Below, piece by piece: positions 1 to 13,040 of a stretch of 59,253 nt of DNA; position 1 is the stretch's first letter, and each line of letters begins with the position of its first letter. Location of the stretch: assembly GCA_051942205.1 (NCBI GenBank), contig JAVECO010000150.1, positions 1 to 59,253 on the forward strand, read 5' to 3'. The translations under genes and the position numbers were made by a program. The DNA is from Coniocarpon cinnabarinum (lineage: Eukaryota). The notes beneath the pieces are model-generated. The model made no database searches. It was not told the origin of the DNA and saw only the letters and a list, made by a program, of their open reading frames with translations.

Positions 1-582
1 ACTTCTGGGCTTGGCGCCATGTGCCCTCACCTTCTGTCTGTCTGGCCATGGGCGGTGGACGCTCTCGACGTGACATGTGCTACGCCTCCGCCTCTTCTTC
101 GATGCTCTGCCCTCCATCTGTTCTTCCCTCCCGTTCTTTGCTAACTTGTCTTTTGTTTCAAACGCCTTGCCTTGCTCTGGTGCTGCCGTTCATTACCGCG
201 TAAAGCCGGCTGGCTTGCCTTTTCTACTGCTGTCATTCATTTGTCCAGCGCTGGCTGACTTCGCTCATTTTACTGCGGTGAGATCAACTTGATGCACATC
301 TTTGCTAGTCTCATTCGGTGACCGCACCTGGTGATGTCTCTCGACATCTGACGCTCTTTTCATCCTTGCATATTGGCCCAACGCCTGCGAGCGACTGCCG
401 TGCAGATTGCTCATCCGTTCATTATCATTCGCTTCAGACGACCGCAACAGACGAAGCTTCGGCTCAACGCACTCCTTACAGAAGCAGCTGCACAGTCTGC
501 AGCAGTATAGATCAACAGGTCGCCCCACTCTTTATCCTGAACCTGGCCGACTCACAGGTGGAATATACCAAATCTTGTGACA

Positions 583-2040
583 ATGCATCTCACTCAGTCA
601 TTCCTTCTCAATATGCTTCTCGCAATCCTTCTTTTCTTTGGCGGTGCCTTTGCTGCCCCAACACCACAGGTCGGTGGACAGGCAGGCGTCCCCATCAGCA
701 TCAATGTAGCCAATACCGATACAAAAGGCTACGCCACTTCTAGCAACCTCAATACGGGCATCTATCGTGACAACGGAGGTGGCGCCTGTGTGAATGGACT
801 TTGTGTTATTGGATTCTCCGATACGACTGTCTGCAATGGACCGTTCCAAACCAATGGAAGCGATGCCTTGACTTCCTACTGCAAGAGTATTTCTGCTGGG
901 AATGCTGATTTACCTTTCAATTCATTTGCACATAATACATTTGCAACATTTGACGCGAAACAGGTACGTTGGCTAACCCAGTCGTTGATTTAATCCCGCG
1001 AGAGTCCGCAAATGCAGAGAATACCATGAAACGAGAGCAAGAGCTGACAGGCACTGTCACAGCGCAATGCCAATGCGCACCCGCCGCAGGCGCTTTATGA
1101 CTTTGGCAAGCACGCTGAGCAAAACGGCCAACCTGCCGGCCAGGTTTTGCCAGCGCCACTCGGCCCGGAAGCGGACGAACAGAGCATTGCTGCTTTCGCC
1201 ATGTGGCCTAACAGTAAGCAGCAAGCTCAACTTAAACATACAGGATCTGTACTCACATTGTATGCTTACACAGGTAACATGGTCTCTGTCCCTTCAGCCC
1301 CAGAAATGGGCCCTAATGATGTGGTTGGCGTCTCCAACGTGCTGTCTGTTAATGGAAAAACATACTACAACTCCCTGTACAAACTCACCGTGACCGACGA
1401 CGTACCAGACGGCCAGAACATCCCTGCAGAGCGGATCGTGCCGCAACTCTTTCAATTCCAAAGCTCCGACTCACACGGCCAGGAAAATCTGTACGGCACA
1501 TATGCACTCATGGCCAGCCATACTAACGACTGCAAGTCGAATGGGCAGGAAGCGCCATGCTTGTATTTGTTTGCGCGCAATTCACCAAAGTCTTGGGACA
1601 CCATGGGTGGTGGGAATCACAACGGGATCAAGGTCGCACGTGTTGCCCAAGCCAGCATCCTCGACAAAGGTCAGTACGAGTACTGGGATGGGTCCAACTG
1701 GGTCGCGCAGCAGCCAGATCCGCTCGACCGGCAGTCCGAGTTCATCTCCTCGGACGACTTCTTCCTGGACACGGGGGAATTCTTCTGGAGCAATCACTAC
1801 AACAAGTACGTCCATGTCGCGGCGTGGATGGGTAAATTCACGATTCGGTACTCGGACAGCATTACGAGCGGTTGGAGTGAGCCACAGGACTTGTACCAAG
1901 GAGAGAAACCTGGTTCGCTGCAGGGATACATGTATGGCGGACACGTATATCCGGACTGGGATCCGAGTGGACAGAGCCTTCTTTTGAGTTGGACATGCGA
2001 TGAGATGTGGACACAGATGGCGGTGGTGAATTTCACTTGA
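583..2040 (+). CDS. Secreted DUF4185-like (GH183-related, beta-propeller) protein; exons 583-963 and 1063-2040
   Basis: Hydrophobic signal peptide (MHLTQSFLLNMLLAILLFFGGAFA-APT). The phase-0 intron 964-1062 (GTACGT...GCTGAC...CAG) joins the two ORFs in frame. Motifs 'IKVARV...YEYWDGSNW', 'FFWSNHYNKYV', 'WSEPQDLY' and 'YGGHVYP...LLLSWT' resemble fungal DUF4185 proteins. Confidence 0.75.
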
Positions 2041-4442
2041 TTGTTCCAGCTTACCTGCTGAACAATTAAAATTCAAAGGCGTGCTGATAATGAGTAGACC
2101 GGTGGACGCTTTAGGCTCATCGTGGATTCTATGATACCAATCTTGTAGCAGACACGCATGCAGGATTTGCTTCAACTGAAGGGCTCGTAATATGCTTGCA
2201 TAAGCATAGTTATAGCCACAAGAGATCGCGGTCCACGATCAATACTTCCAGCACAAGGGCATTCGCGCGCTCATTGTGCAAAATTTGCCCTTGTGGGAGG
2301 ACTGGGAATGGATTCTCGAGGACAAATAATCGAGGTGTCACACAGCTGCAAAGAGCGCATGAGGCAGGTCGTGATCAAGGCAAGTCATGTGAATTCCGGC
2401 CTTGGCGGACTCCCTCCTTGCCCCACGGCACGACGGTTCTTGGCCAGAATCTGAACAAAGTCCAAGTCCGTCAAGTTGCGCGTGTATGATGGCGCATGCA
2501 GAACGGTATTGCAGCTTGCATGCTCCACAACACCGTCTGTTGCCTGAACCACACAGCTTCATGCGTGTCAAAACGCCTTTCTGCCATCGCACGGGCGACA
2601 TGTGGCCCATAAAAGTCACAGGGTCTTCAGCCTCGAGATGCAGGACTCAGGTTTGGCGAAAGGTGTAATTCCTAATGACTGGGCGTGATAGAGCGCTCTC
2701 TTTTTGAGTCGCGTGAAGAATGCTATGGATGACTTTGATAGATCCTGTACAGCGGCAAGAGCTGCGGAAATGAGCTCGTTCAGCTCGTTCTAGGCTTCCA
2801 AGAACGTTGACGGGCCGGCTCGCAGGCATCAAGATGTCAACCGAAACGGTGACGAGCCTGCTTAATCTTCTCTAAATGTTCGTGTTGATGCCCAAACGAG
2901 GGTGTGGTTTGTCATGCTTCTTCGGAACTGCCGACGGCAACACTGTTGCATTTTCTTATCCCAGAAAACAACAGCTCACAGCTGGAGACAATGAAAATGA
3001 GCTGTCTCCACAGAAATTTTAGCCGTACCAACTCATGCACCGGATGCGCGAGGGATGTCACGCGTGACACGGGCCTATCGCTCGCGGGCTTGTACGACGC
3101 ATGGCTTTATCGTGCTTCCTTCGGATCGCCATGGAAGGCGACTCATATCATGCCACACCTCGCCCTGTTATTGACCTCGCTGAAACAGAGGATAGTGGCC
3201 ATGTTGAGGCGGGTCTCAAGGAAGAAGGTCACTTGTAAGTTGCTGTGCCCATCCACCAATCCATTTGACAGTCTTCGAGCTTGCTTGCCCGGTCTGGTCA
3301 GGTCAGGTGGCGTCTTTGCCCAGTTCGAGAGAACGTTATACCTCTTGCGAACTAGCTCTGATGCGAACGCACGCTGCTGGATACCGTCCGGGGGACTCGA
3401 TTCAACAAAACCCTGCAAGGCAGTTAAATCGCCGCTTTTCAGCGGCAAAGGTGCATGATCAAAGCCAGCACCCATTACCATAGATCCGGGAATGTCTCTG
3501 CTGTCAGCAAGGACGCCTGCGGAAAGCCTCCACTCGAGGATGTCTTTTTTGGGAAAAATAATCCAGCCGCTATAAAGCAGATAATGAAGATCATCTGCAC
3601 GTAGGGCGAGGCGTGCATTTTCTGGTTGTCTGGATCACACGGACGCCTAGCTTGAGACACGCGATCAGGGAGGCGTCGGTGCACGCCAGGCTTGGGCGGC
3701 AAGGATACGACGGATGAATGCGTCCGGTGCATGAGATGGCCGCCATGAGTGCTTTGTGCTCCCGCGAACTTCCCCACAGGCCCCGCAACGGGACGACGCA
3801 GCGAGTGTGGCCTCAAGGGATGCTAGGCAAGACGTGGGCTGGGGGAGATGGTTCAGCAAGGATGGTGGGACGGTAAACAGCGGTCGCAGCCGCAGGCTCG
3901 TGGTGCCATGCAAGCCATTCCCGCCGGCCAGGTGCCAGAGGCTGGCCAGCCTTGCGTTGACGTTTGGTCCAGAAGCCGGACGCGTGGCAGGCGAGCAGGG
4001 CGTCGGGGGCGTCCGACGAAAAGTGGAAGCGCGAAGTGGGGGGTTGGCGGTCGAGAGACGTCGGTCGCTGTGTGGACGGCGCGGAGAGGATGCGGGCAGC
4101 GCCACGACGAGCTGGAGGAGGGTGGCACCGTGTGGGAAGGGCAGGCCGGATGTTGAGGAGACGGAGCACAGGAGCAAGAATAACGAGTCGATGGCGGACA
4201 GGGGTGTTGAAGATCGGCGCGGCGGCCGGTCAGGGCGGTGGTGCTGGAGTGCATTGGAGTGCATTGGGGTGCTGGAGGGCTGGGGTGCGGGAGTGTGGGA
4301 GTGCTGCAGCTGAAGACGCCGGTGCCGCATTCTGCAAGGGCGACACCGCCGCCGCCCTCCCATTGGCCGGGGCCTGTTCTACACCGCAACTCACAGCCTA
4401 CACCACCGCTCACCTACTTGCTCGGCCCGGACATCAAACACC

Positions 4443-4463
4443 CACCACCACCACCACCACCAC
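4443..4463 (+). repeat. (CAC)n microsatellite
   Basis: About 7 tandem CAC units in the C-rich leader upstream of the 4909 gene. Confidence 0.85.
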
Positions 4464-4908
4464 CAGCACTTCCCCAAAATCCAAACACCATTCCTCCCCA
4501 ATGCTCCACTCCTCGTACCGAATCTGGCTCGCTCGTCTTGTGCCAGCCGTGCAGCTGCTCCTCTCCGCGGCGGCCTCAGAAAAACGATTCGTCTCCCTGA
4601 GCTTCGCGCTTCAGATCACCCGATGACATTATCACCACCCTCTCTCCTCACTTTCGCGACTGTCATCATCCTCTCTTGGCCCCTCTGTCGTGTGCGCCCC
4701 GACATCTCTTTCCAACTCTGACCGCTCCAGCACCCCGCCCTCTTCACGCCCCTCCAAACTCCTCCTGCCACGACCCCAAGACCAGGTCTGGCTCTGCTTT
4801 AACAACGTTCAGCACTTCTCTTGCTTCCTTGCCTCCCCTCTTTCCCCAGACCTGTGGACCGGCTGTTCCTTCGTGACATGGTTGCCATTGCCCTTGACGT
4901 CGGTCGTG

Positions 4909-7739
4909 ATGGCCCATCGCTATGATTCTCGCCCATCGACTCCAGATGGACGTCCACGTCGCACCTTTCATTCGAGCAATGGGCGATCTCGCGAGCCTTC
5001 ACCAGCGAGTTTGAGCGAGCGCAGGTCAGTATACCACGCGCTGGCAGCAACGGTGTCACGTCTGCTCATGCTAACAGTCACGTCGAACGAAGCAGATCGG
5101 TCACCTTCAACGCTACACATTTTGGACCAGAGTTACGCCCACCTCATGCCCCACCCGAACGCCAATATCATTCTCTGATCGCTCAGAAAGGCCGTCCGCT
5201 GCGGCCCTTCAGAAAATCGTCATGGCCACCGTATGCCACCGTTGAGGACGAAAAGGCCTCTTTGGCGAAAGAAGCGTACCCGCGTCGGGCAGACGCTGAT
5301 CAAGTCGAGGTTCAGAGCCGTGGCTCGATTGACCAGACTCCCATCATCCTAAACGCTGACGATCTTTTGCATGATCCCCCTGCAAATATTAACACTCAAG
5401 CAAGGAGTGGCCGCGCTAGGCGTGATCCACATCTGCACGTGGACGTCGGTGGGGTCAACAAACCTCCGGCACGTGCCTCGACCTATGCTGCGGGCACAGA
5501 AATAAATAATTCGGCGGCCGGCGACGCCAGTACGCAGATTGTGGATTTTGCAGATCAAGCACCACGGAACGCCACGCCGTACTCCTTCACGCCAAAACGA
5601 GAGCCAAGACCTTCTCCCACAGACTCTGGATATTCTTCCTCAACAGACCTTCTCGCCGAGAAACGACGAAAGGCACGTGCTTTCCACTTCAACAACCTAA
5701 CAATGTCTGATGCTCTTCGCGGTCAGGGCAAGCTTCGTGAAAGCCACCACGTCCGTCGTGCCAGTGGTTTGAGCTTCGGTGACGACAGTGCATATGAAAA
5801 AAACCTAGAGGACGGGGTCCCGGACAAGGGCCCCCCTAAAGATAGGCAACCCGCGTCTCAAAATGCTGCAACACGTCCTAGATTGTCAGCTATCAAGGCA
5901 GACGCTGTTCACTCACCTAGACGCAGCTCCGACACCGCAACGACACTGGCGCGCTCCCAAGCTGGAACGGATCAACCATCGAGTCCAGTGGCATCCAAAA
6001 CGCCGCCACTTGCAACTCTTGCTGCGAAGAGCACGCATGAGAAAGTATTTGACAATCAAAGCGAGACGAGCTCCAGGCCGTCCTCGCCAATCTCATTCAC
6101 GTCCTCGCCCCCCGAAACACCACTTCATCCTGAGCGAAATCTTCGGTACCATCCGCGCAACAACAATCGCTGGTCAGGCACGCATTTTTCCGCAGGCTCC
6201 AAGGTTGGGTCTAGAGCAGCGTCGCCGGAGGATTTGATGCGACATGAACATATGCAAAGAAGTTCTACCTTTCCAAATTTACAAGAGCATCGCCCATCTC
6301 AGCACCCCAGCAGGGCGAATTTCCCATATCCTCCTGACAGATATGAACGCCGAGATGCCTATGCCACGAATCCTCCTACGCCTTCAAGCTCATTGCCGTA
6401 TCCTATGGATGACATGCCCATGATGCCATCCGCCGAATATTACCAAAATCAGGCTTCTATGCAAGAAGGTCTGTCAATGCCCTCGGCTCCGATGGCTCGC
6501 AGGCCTCCTGTTGGTCCTCCATCCCCCACTACAAGCCATCGCTCGGTTCATGGGAGTCTTGCGTCACGCCCTCGCCTGCCTTCACGTCGCACCGCTAATG
6601 AGGTCTTGCCGACACTCAAGACTGCTACACGAATATATGAGGAGCCACTATTCGCCAGTCCAACGAATGTTGCAGCCTCGTCTTTGCAGACGCCTTGTGC
6701 GCTACCGCCATGCCCCAGGGCGCGGTCGACGCGCGAATATGATGATTGGTATATCCTGAACGGCCTCACAGGATTTCATATCTGTCCAGACTGCCTGGAC
6801 AACTCCTTTGGTAGTCACGGCTTTGGTAGCTATTTCAGACGAGCCGGGTCGAGAGACAAACACGCAAGGACGAAGTGTGATTTTGACGACTTGTGGGTGC
6901 GACTCGCATGGCACATGACGCAATATCAACGACGACAGGACCTGGACCTGGTTTACGCCATTGCACGTATTGGTGTGCACGACTCGGGCTGTCCGGGCGA
7001 TCATGATCAGACAGCTACCTGGTATACACTTGTTGACAGGAATGGAGAGAGAGTCAGGCACTTCGATGTTTGTAAGACGGACGTCAAACGCGTCGAGGCT
7101 TTGATGCCGGAGCTACATGACACCTTTGTCAAAGCGTACAATGAGACCAAGGTCCGCAAGTGTGACCTACGAACGCAGAGTCATCGCTGCTCAAAGTATC
7201 TGGACGAGCTCTATAAGATAGTGGAGACCGCCGCAGCCGCACGCCGACCACCCAACGTGCAAGCCTTTGTTGATTTCGCTAAGAATACCTCTTCCGTGCC
7301 AGAATGTCGAAAAGACGAATTGCTGAGAGACAAGCCTTGGCATTATATCCGTGAGCTGCCAGAGTTCACCGTCTGCAAGGAATGCTACACCGAGGTGGTA
7401 TGGCCCGAAATTGAACGAGGAAGTTCGCTAGCGAATCGATTCTCCAAGACGCCTCAAGTCTTGTACGCGAGCGATCGACCACAAGAAGACGGCGTGAGTT
7501 GTCAGCTCTACTCGCCTCGCATGCGGCACACATTCAAGGATGCCTGCGATGCTGAAGATTTCGATAAGCTCAGGAACAGAATCAAGGCTCGGAAGCGAGC
7601 TGAGCTGAAATACATGGCTCACGAACGGTCAGCATGGAAGAAACTGAAGCAAGCCGAGGCAGGGCGTTCCGCCAGGGAGATCAAGCAAGCTCGCGGAGAA
7701 ATGGAGGATATAGTAGATGAATGGCGCAGGTATGAATGA
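4909..7739 (+). CDS. Conserved fungal protein with a disordered Ser/Pro/Arg-rich N-terminus and a C-terminal Cys-rich repeat domain; exons 4909-5024 and 5096-7739
   Basis: ATG at 4909. Intron 5025-5095 (GTCAGT...GCTAAC...CAG) restores frame through WPPYATVEDE into the 825-aa ORF. Three W-x-F-x-C-x-x-C-like repeats in the C-terminal third. Confidence 0.8.
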
Positions 7740-8202
7740 GGTTCGACATATACTTGATGACACGTGGTGATGGGAATGTGGATAATGCTTTGATGCTGTG
7801 ACGAAGACATGACTAAAAATTGACGGCCTCTGACAGACGCCCCACCATGGATTGGGCAAAGCACCCTGATGACATGACGAGAAACAACTGATAGATTACT
7901 AATTTTGAATGTCTTTTGACCGCGCCCCCTCTGCTGCTCAGCTCTTTTCTTCTCGAGACCTACAATATGCTAGAATAGGTCTTGACGAACAAAGACGTCA
8001 TTAAAAGGGGGTCAAATAATGAGCTATGAGCGCACATCATCCTCCAAAGCCTCACAAAGTACCAAATAGTGCCAGAGCATGTTCTTTCAGCCGTGCCTCA
8101 ACTCTTCTGACTTCTGTGGCTATAAAGGACCAACCATTCTTCTTGCTATCACGTTGCATCACCTCGCCTAGCATGAACTCTAGCGCATTATCGCCTAATA
8201 TA

Positions 8203-8210
8203 ATGACTCA
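8203..8210 (+). promoter_or_regulatory. Gcn4/CpcA (cross-pathway control) recognition element ATGACTCA
   Basis: Perfect TGACTCA about 57 bp upstream of the TRP2 ATG; amino-acid biosynthesis genes are canonical Gcn4/CpcA targets. Confidence 0.6.
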
Positions 8211-8266
8211 GACGTTTTCGATCGCTTGAGTACAACGGAGAAAAATTTGGGTCTTTGTACAGAAGC

Positions 8267-10092
8267 ATGTCGTCGCAGGTAAACTTGGAATTTCGGCGGC
8301 ACACGTCTGCTGTGCACAATCATAATTTTCTGGCTGACGCGACGGCCTCCATAGCCGGGTGCGCAGCCCACTCTCGAAACCGTTAAACATATCGTTTCGT
8401 CCACACGCTCTACGTCGAATCCGCCAAACTTCATTCCAATATGCTCATCAATCTCCGCCGAGTTCCTGACACCGTCGTCCATTTACCTGAAAGTCTCGGC
8501 GCGGTAGGTATATCTAGGTGATCTCTCGGACATGAACATGGCTGATAATTACCCAGCTCCGCTTCCAAACTATCGTTCCTCTTCGAGAGCGCTGCAACGA
8601 CCGAGACCATAGGGAGGTACAGCTTTATCGGAGCAGGTACGCCGAGCGCTAATGACCTTCGTCATCCCCCTACGCTTGCTTAAGACTGACTGTTCTTGAC
8701 TGCTCAGATCCACGAAAGACACTCGCAACTGGACCTGAGCATGGCGAATCAACGGACCCTATGCCGCTGCTGCACGCAGAGCTATCGCAACGGCGCATAG
8801 CAACGGTCCCTGGTTTGCGCCTTCCCCCTCTCGCTGGCGGTGCGATAGGATACGTGGGATATGATTGCGTCAAATACTTCGAGCCCAAGACTGCAAGACC
8901 ACTCAAAGATGTGCTCCATCTCCCTGAGTCGTTCTTCATGCTCTTCGACACCATCATAGCGGTCGACCACTTCTTCCAGTCTGTCTCTGTGATTACGTAT
9001 CTCCCTGTCCCTGCCGACCTCGAAGACATTGCAAAAGTCTATAACAGCGCCCTCCAGACCATCGAGCACTATCTGAGTTTACTGCGCACTGACACACCGG
9101 TCCCATTGCCTCAGCAAGGACCTGTCTCTCTGGACAAACCTTACAAATCCAATATTGGCCAGTCTGGGTACGAGAAGCACGTCAATACACTGAGAAGACA
9201 TATTACTGCAGGCGACATAATCCAAGCCGTACCGAGCCAGCGCATTTCTCGTCCAACTGATCTACATCCATTTAACATTTACCGACACCTGCGTACCGTC
9301 AATCCCAGCCCCTATCTTTTCTATGTCTCGTGCGACGACTTCTGCATTATCGGTGCTTCTCCCGAGCTGCTAGTCCAGTCCGACCCCAAAACTAACCGCA
9401 TCGTCACTCATCCGATTGCGGGGACAGTCAAGCGTGGCAGCACGCCCGAGGAAGACGAAGCCTTAGCCGAGCAGCTCCGAGCCAGTCTCAAAGATAGAGC
9501 AGAGCATGTCATGCTTGTCGACCTCGCACGTAATGATGTCAACCGTGTCTGTGATCCTCTGACCACCAAAGTCGACAAGCTCATGGTAGTGCAAAAGTTC
9601 AGCCACGTGCAGCATCTTGTTTCTGAAGTATCAGGCAACCTACGTCAAGGCAAAACACGTTTCGACGCCTTCAAGTCAATATTTCCCGCTGGAACGGTAT
9701 CTGGCGCTCCCAAAGTCAGGGCTATGGAGCTTATCGCCGAATTGGAAGGTGAAAAACGCGGCGTCTACGCGGGCGCGGTGGGTTACTTTGGATATCCAAC
9801 GGTCACGGCGGATGGCAAAGAGCAAGAGGGCGCCATGGACACATGCATTGCCCTGCGGACAATGATCTGGAAAGACGGCGCAGCGTATTTGCAAGCTGGT
9901 GGGGGAATTGTTTTCGACAGTGACCCAGTAGAGGAATGGGAAGAGACGCTCAATAAGCTGCGCGCGAATATGCGGACGATTGAACGGGCTGAGAAGATGG
10001 AAAAGGATGAGTGGGAGAGAAAGCATAGTGCTACAGATGTCGCAGCGAATAATCATGGAGGTGAGAGGGCGCATGTTGACTTTGCAGCGTAG
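8267..10092 (+). CDS. TRP2: Anthranilate synthase component I; introns 8279-8354, 8504-8556, 8637-8707
   Basis: Spliced N-terminus gives 'EFLTPSSIYLK' and 'SFLFESAATTETIGRYSFIG'. Chorismate-binding motifs 'GGAIGYVGYD', 'NPSPY', 'HPIAGT', 'EHVMLVDLARND', 'FPAGTVSGAPK' and 'QAGGGIVFDS' are present. Confidence 0.97.
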
Positions 10093-10777
10093 AACTCGAC
10101 ATTGGAAATATGTGTACATTCCAAATGGTACTTCGAGTCTTTCCACTTTCTTGGTGATCACAATATCTCGTCGCTGAATCATACATAAACTCAGGTTTAT
10201 TGTCTGAGTATCTATTGTACAAGGACGTCGATAATACAACGACCTCTGCCTTTATTGTGAACAACTTCTTACCCTGCCAATGTTTTCCGCCCTCGCACGT
10301 GAACCTCTCCATATCATAGCAATCTCCATCTTCTGCTCGCCCACGCCATCTTCCCTTCTTTTCGTACTTCATCGGCGGCATATGCAACGACTCAATAGCG
10401 ATAGTGCCCTTGCGCCTGCGCCTGCGCCTCTGACTACTTGTCAACTTCAGATTGCACTTCCAAGACTCTTCGCTCTGCTTGCAGGGTTTCGGATAGGTAA
10501 GCTAACTGAACCTGAACTCCCAGTCTGCCTTGCAGCCAACCTCTTCCCAAAGCAACTCGTTAATTCGGGCTGTCGTGTTCAGCGTGCGCATTGCTCGCTT
10601 GTGTGCTTTTGAGGTGTTAGTGAGGGGGCAGGCGGTTTTGCCTACTGGGCCACATTGTCACCTGTGCAGGTCTTATTCACGAAGTTGGGAAGCACCAAGA
10701 GCTGGGTAGACTCGGAATACGTTCCTAGCCTCGGATCGGCTTGCTCACTGCGAGCGTGTGAGTGCGGCTCAGCGACC

Positions 10778-12581
10778 ATGCCAGGCATCGTTGAGAAAAA
10801 GCCTAACAACAAGAAGCTCTCAAAGAATCAATTTCGTCGTCAGAGCAAAAAGGACAGAAAGCAGGTAAGTCCAATGCGTACATTCCTGGCTCTATAAAGC
10901 TATGGCTGACACTTGCTAGAATGCTTCGCTCTCTACAACGCCCGCTCCGTCGAGCGTTGAGTCGACGCCAGAGCCTGAGCGAGGACGCGCTCAATATGCA
11001 GATCCTCCTGACAACCGCGTCCCTGCTGTGGAGGAGGAATCAGTGCTCACCACCATAGACATTGACGAGGATGATCCTCTCTACGAGACATTCAAGAGCA
11101 TCATATCAAAGTTTGAGGAGCCTGACAAGGAAGATGCCGCTTTAAAGGATCCCGACAAGCCGGTGGTGTACTATTCCGATGATGACGATATTCCCGAGGA
11201 GGATGAAGAGCAGGAGGCACCCAAAGTTTCGAAGAAGAAGAAAAAGCAGCAAAACACTTTGTCGATCGCCGAACTCAAGTCGCAAGTGGACAAACCTGAG
11301 CTTGTCGAGTGGACTGACGTGTCATCAAGGGAGCCAAAGCTACTGGTTGCGCTCAAGGCTCATCGCAATGTTGTGCCAGTGCCACCGCATTGGTCGATGA
11401 AGCGGGAGTATTTGTCGTCCAAGCGAGGCATCGAAAAACCTGCGTTCTCTTTGCCGAAGTTCATTGCGGACACTGGCGTCACTGAGATGCGTGATGCAGT
11501 CCTCGAAAAGCAGGCCGAGGCGTCTTTGAAACAAAGACAGCGAGAACGAGTTGCACCAAAGTTGGGGAAGCTCGACCTGGACTACTCCAAGCTCTATGAC
11601 GCATTCTTCCGTCTGCAGACGAAGCCTGAGCTAACCAGGTTTGGCGAAGTCTACTACGAGGGCAAGGAGTACGAGACGAACATGCGGCATCTTCGCCCTG
11701 GTGAGCTCAGTGAAGAGCTGAAAGAAGCCCTCAACATCCCTCCAGGTGCACCGCCTCCATGGCTAATCAATCAGCAGAGGTATGGACCGCCTCCATCATA
11801 TCCCACTCTCAGGATTCCGGGATTGAACGCGCCTCCACCTCCAGGTAGTAACTGGGGCTTTCATCCCGGTGGGTACGGCAAACCTCCTGTGGATGACTTC
11901 AACCGTCCATTGTATGGAGGCGATGTCTTTGGAGCTGCTGCTCCACCCCAGAATCAAGACAAGGGTGTTCCAATCAACAGATCTTTGTGGGGCACGATCC
12001 AAGCGCCGGAGGAGGAGGAATCTGAGGAGGAAGAGGAAGACGAGGACGAAGACGACGAAGACGCACAGCCTGACCAAGAGGAAATGGCAGCGGGTCTGAG
12101 ATCCCAGTCCGGCATTCAAACGACGTCTGGCATGACATCAATGACACCATCTGAGATTGGAGGCACCGAGAGCATGCGCGGCGACTTTACTCTTCGCAAG
12201 GAAAAGCGTGGCACAGAGACTGAGGAGTCAATTCATCCACGATCGGCTGGTCAAGTGATTCCGGAACAGCAGAGACGTAGTACCGGCTTCTTTGGAAGCG
12301 ACCGAGGATACAATCTGAATGCGGGTGTGCCCATGTTGGACCGGGAAGAGCGTGGAACCAAGCGCAAGGCCGGTGATGTGGATGTGTCAATGGACATGGA
12401 TGCGTTGGCTCGCGAGGGCAGACTAAGCAAAGACGATGTCCAGCGACAGTACGACGCCGGCAAGAAGGCAGAGAACTCCTCACAGTGGGGACAATCGTAT
12501 GATGATGACCTGAGTCAGATGATTGCGGAAGAGGGTGCGAAGAGATTGAAGAAAGATCAGGAGCGTAAAGTGAGGAGATGA
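10778..12581 (+). CDS. CUS1: Splicing factor 3B subunit 2 (SAP145/Cus1; DUF382 + PSP domains); intron 10865-10919
   Basis: Motifs 'VPVPPHWSMKREYLSSKRGIEKP', 'LDLDYSKLYDAFF', 'GEVYYEGKE' and 'PPPWLINQQRYGPPPSYP'; the intron (GTAAGT...GCTGAC...TAG) restores frame. Confidence 0.95.
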
Positions 12582-13040
12582 CGTGAATCGGTCACGATCT
12601 TGAGCCTACCTATTTGAGAGGCGCGCTTTTGAAGCCAATGGAGGGGAGCGTGGTCAAGAAGAGCGGGGCTTTACCTTGAAGATGGTGTATTATATGACTA
12701 TCAAGATGAATCCAGACGTACCAAGATGTTGCAAGATCCCAGTCAAACGTCCAGCCGGTCTCCAGCGTGAAGTGATATATTGAGTCCCAAGTGGTCTTTC
12801 GTCAACACAGTCCCTTCTCTTGTGGTATTGGAGAAGTGACTTAGCCTTCTGGGCCTACGATGTAGGTTTTCGAGCTCCGAATACTCTCCATCCCTCTTAC
12901 ATCGGACGAAGCCAATGGCCTGTCACGTGTCAATGACGCTAACTATCGAACTTTTGCAGATCTTCACGTTGCTGTTTTCCTACTCCACTCTGCACACCGT
13001 CAACAACCATTCTTACTGACCTCTACGAAGGACAGGTAAG

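Noticed and set aside
3665..4626. Several 180-230 aa overlapping ORFs (similar sets at 40280-41943 and 51700-52540)
   Set aside because: GC-rich promoter or leader sequence open in many frames on both strands, with no recognisable domains.
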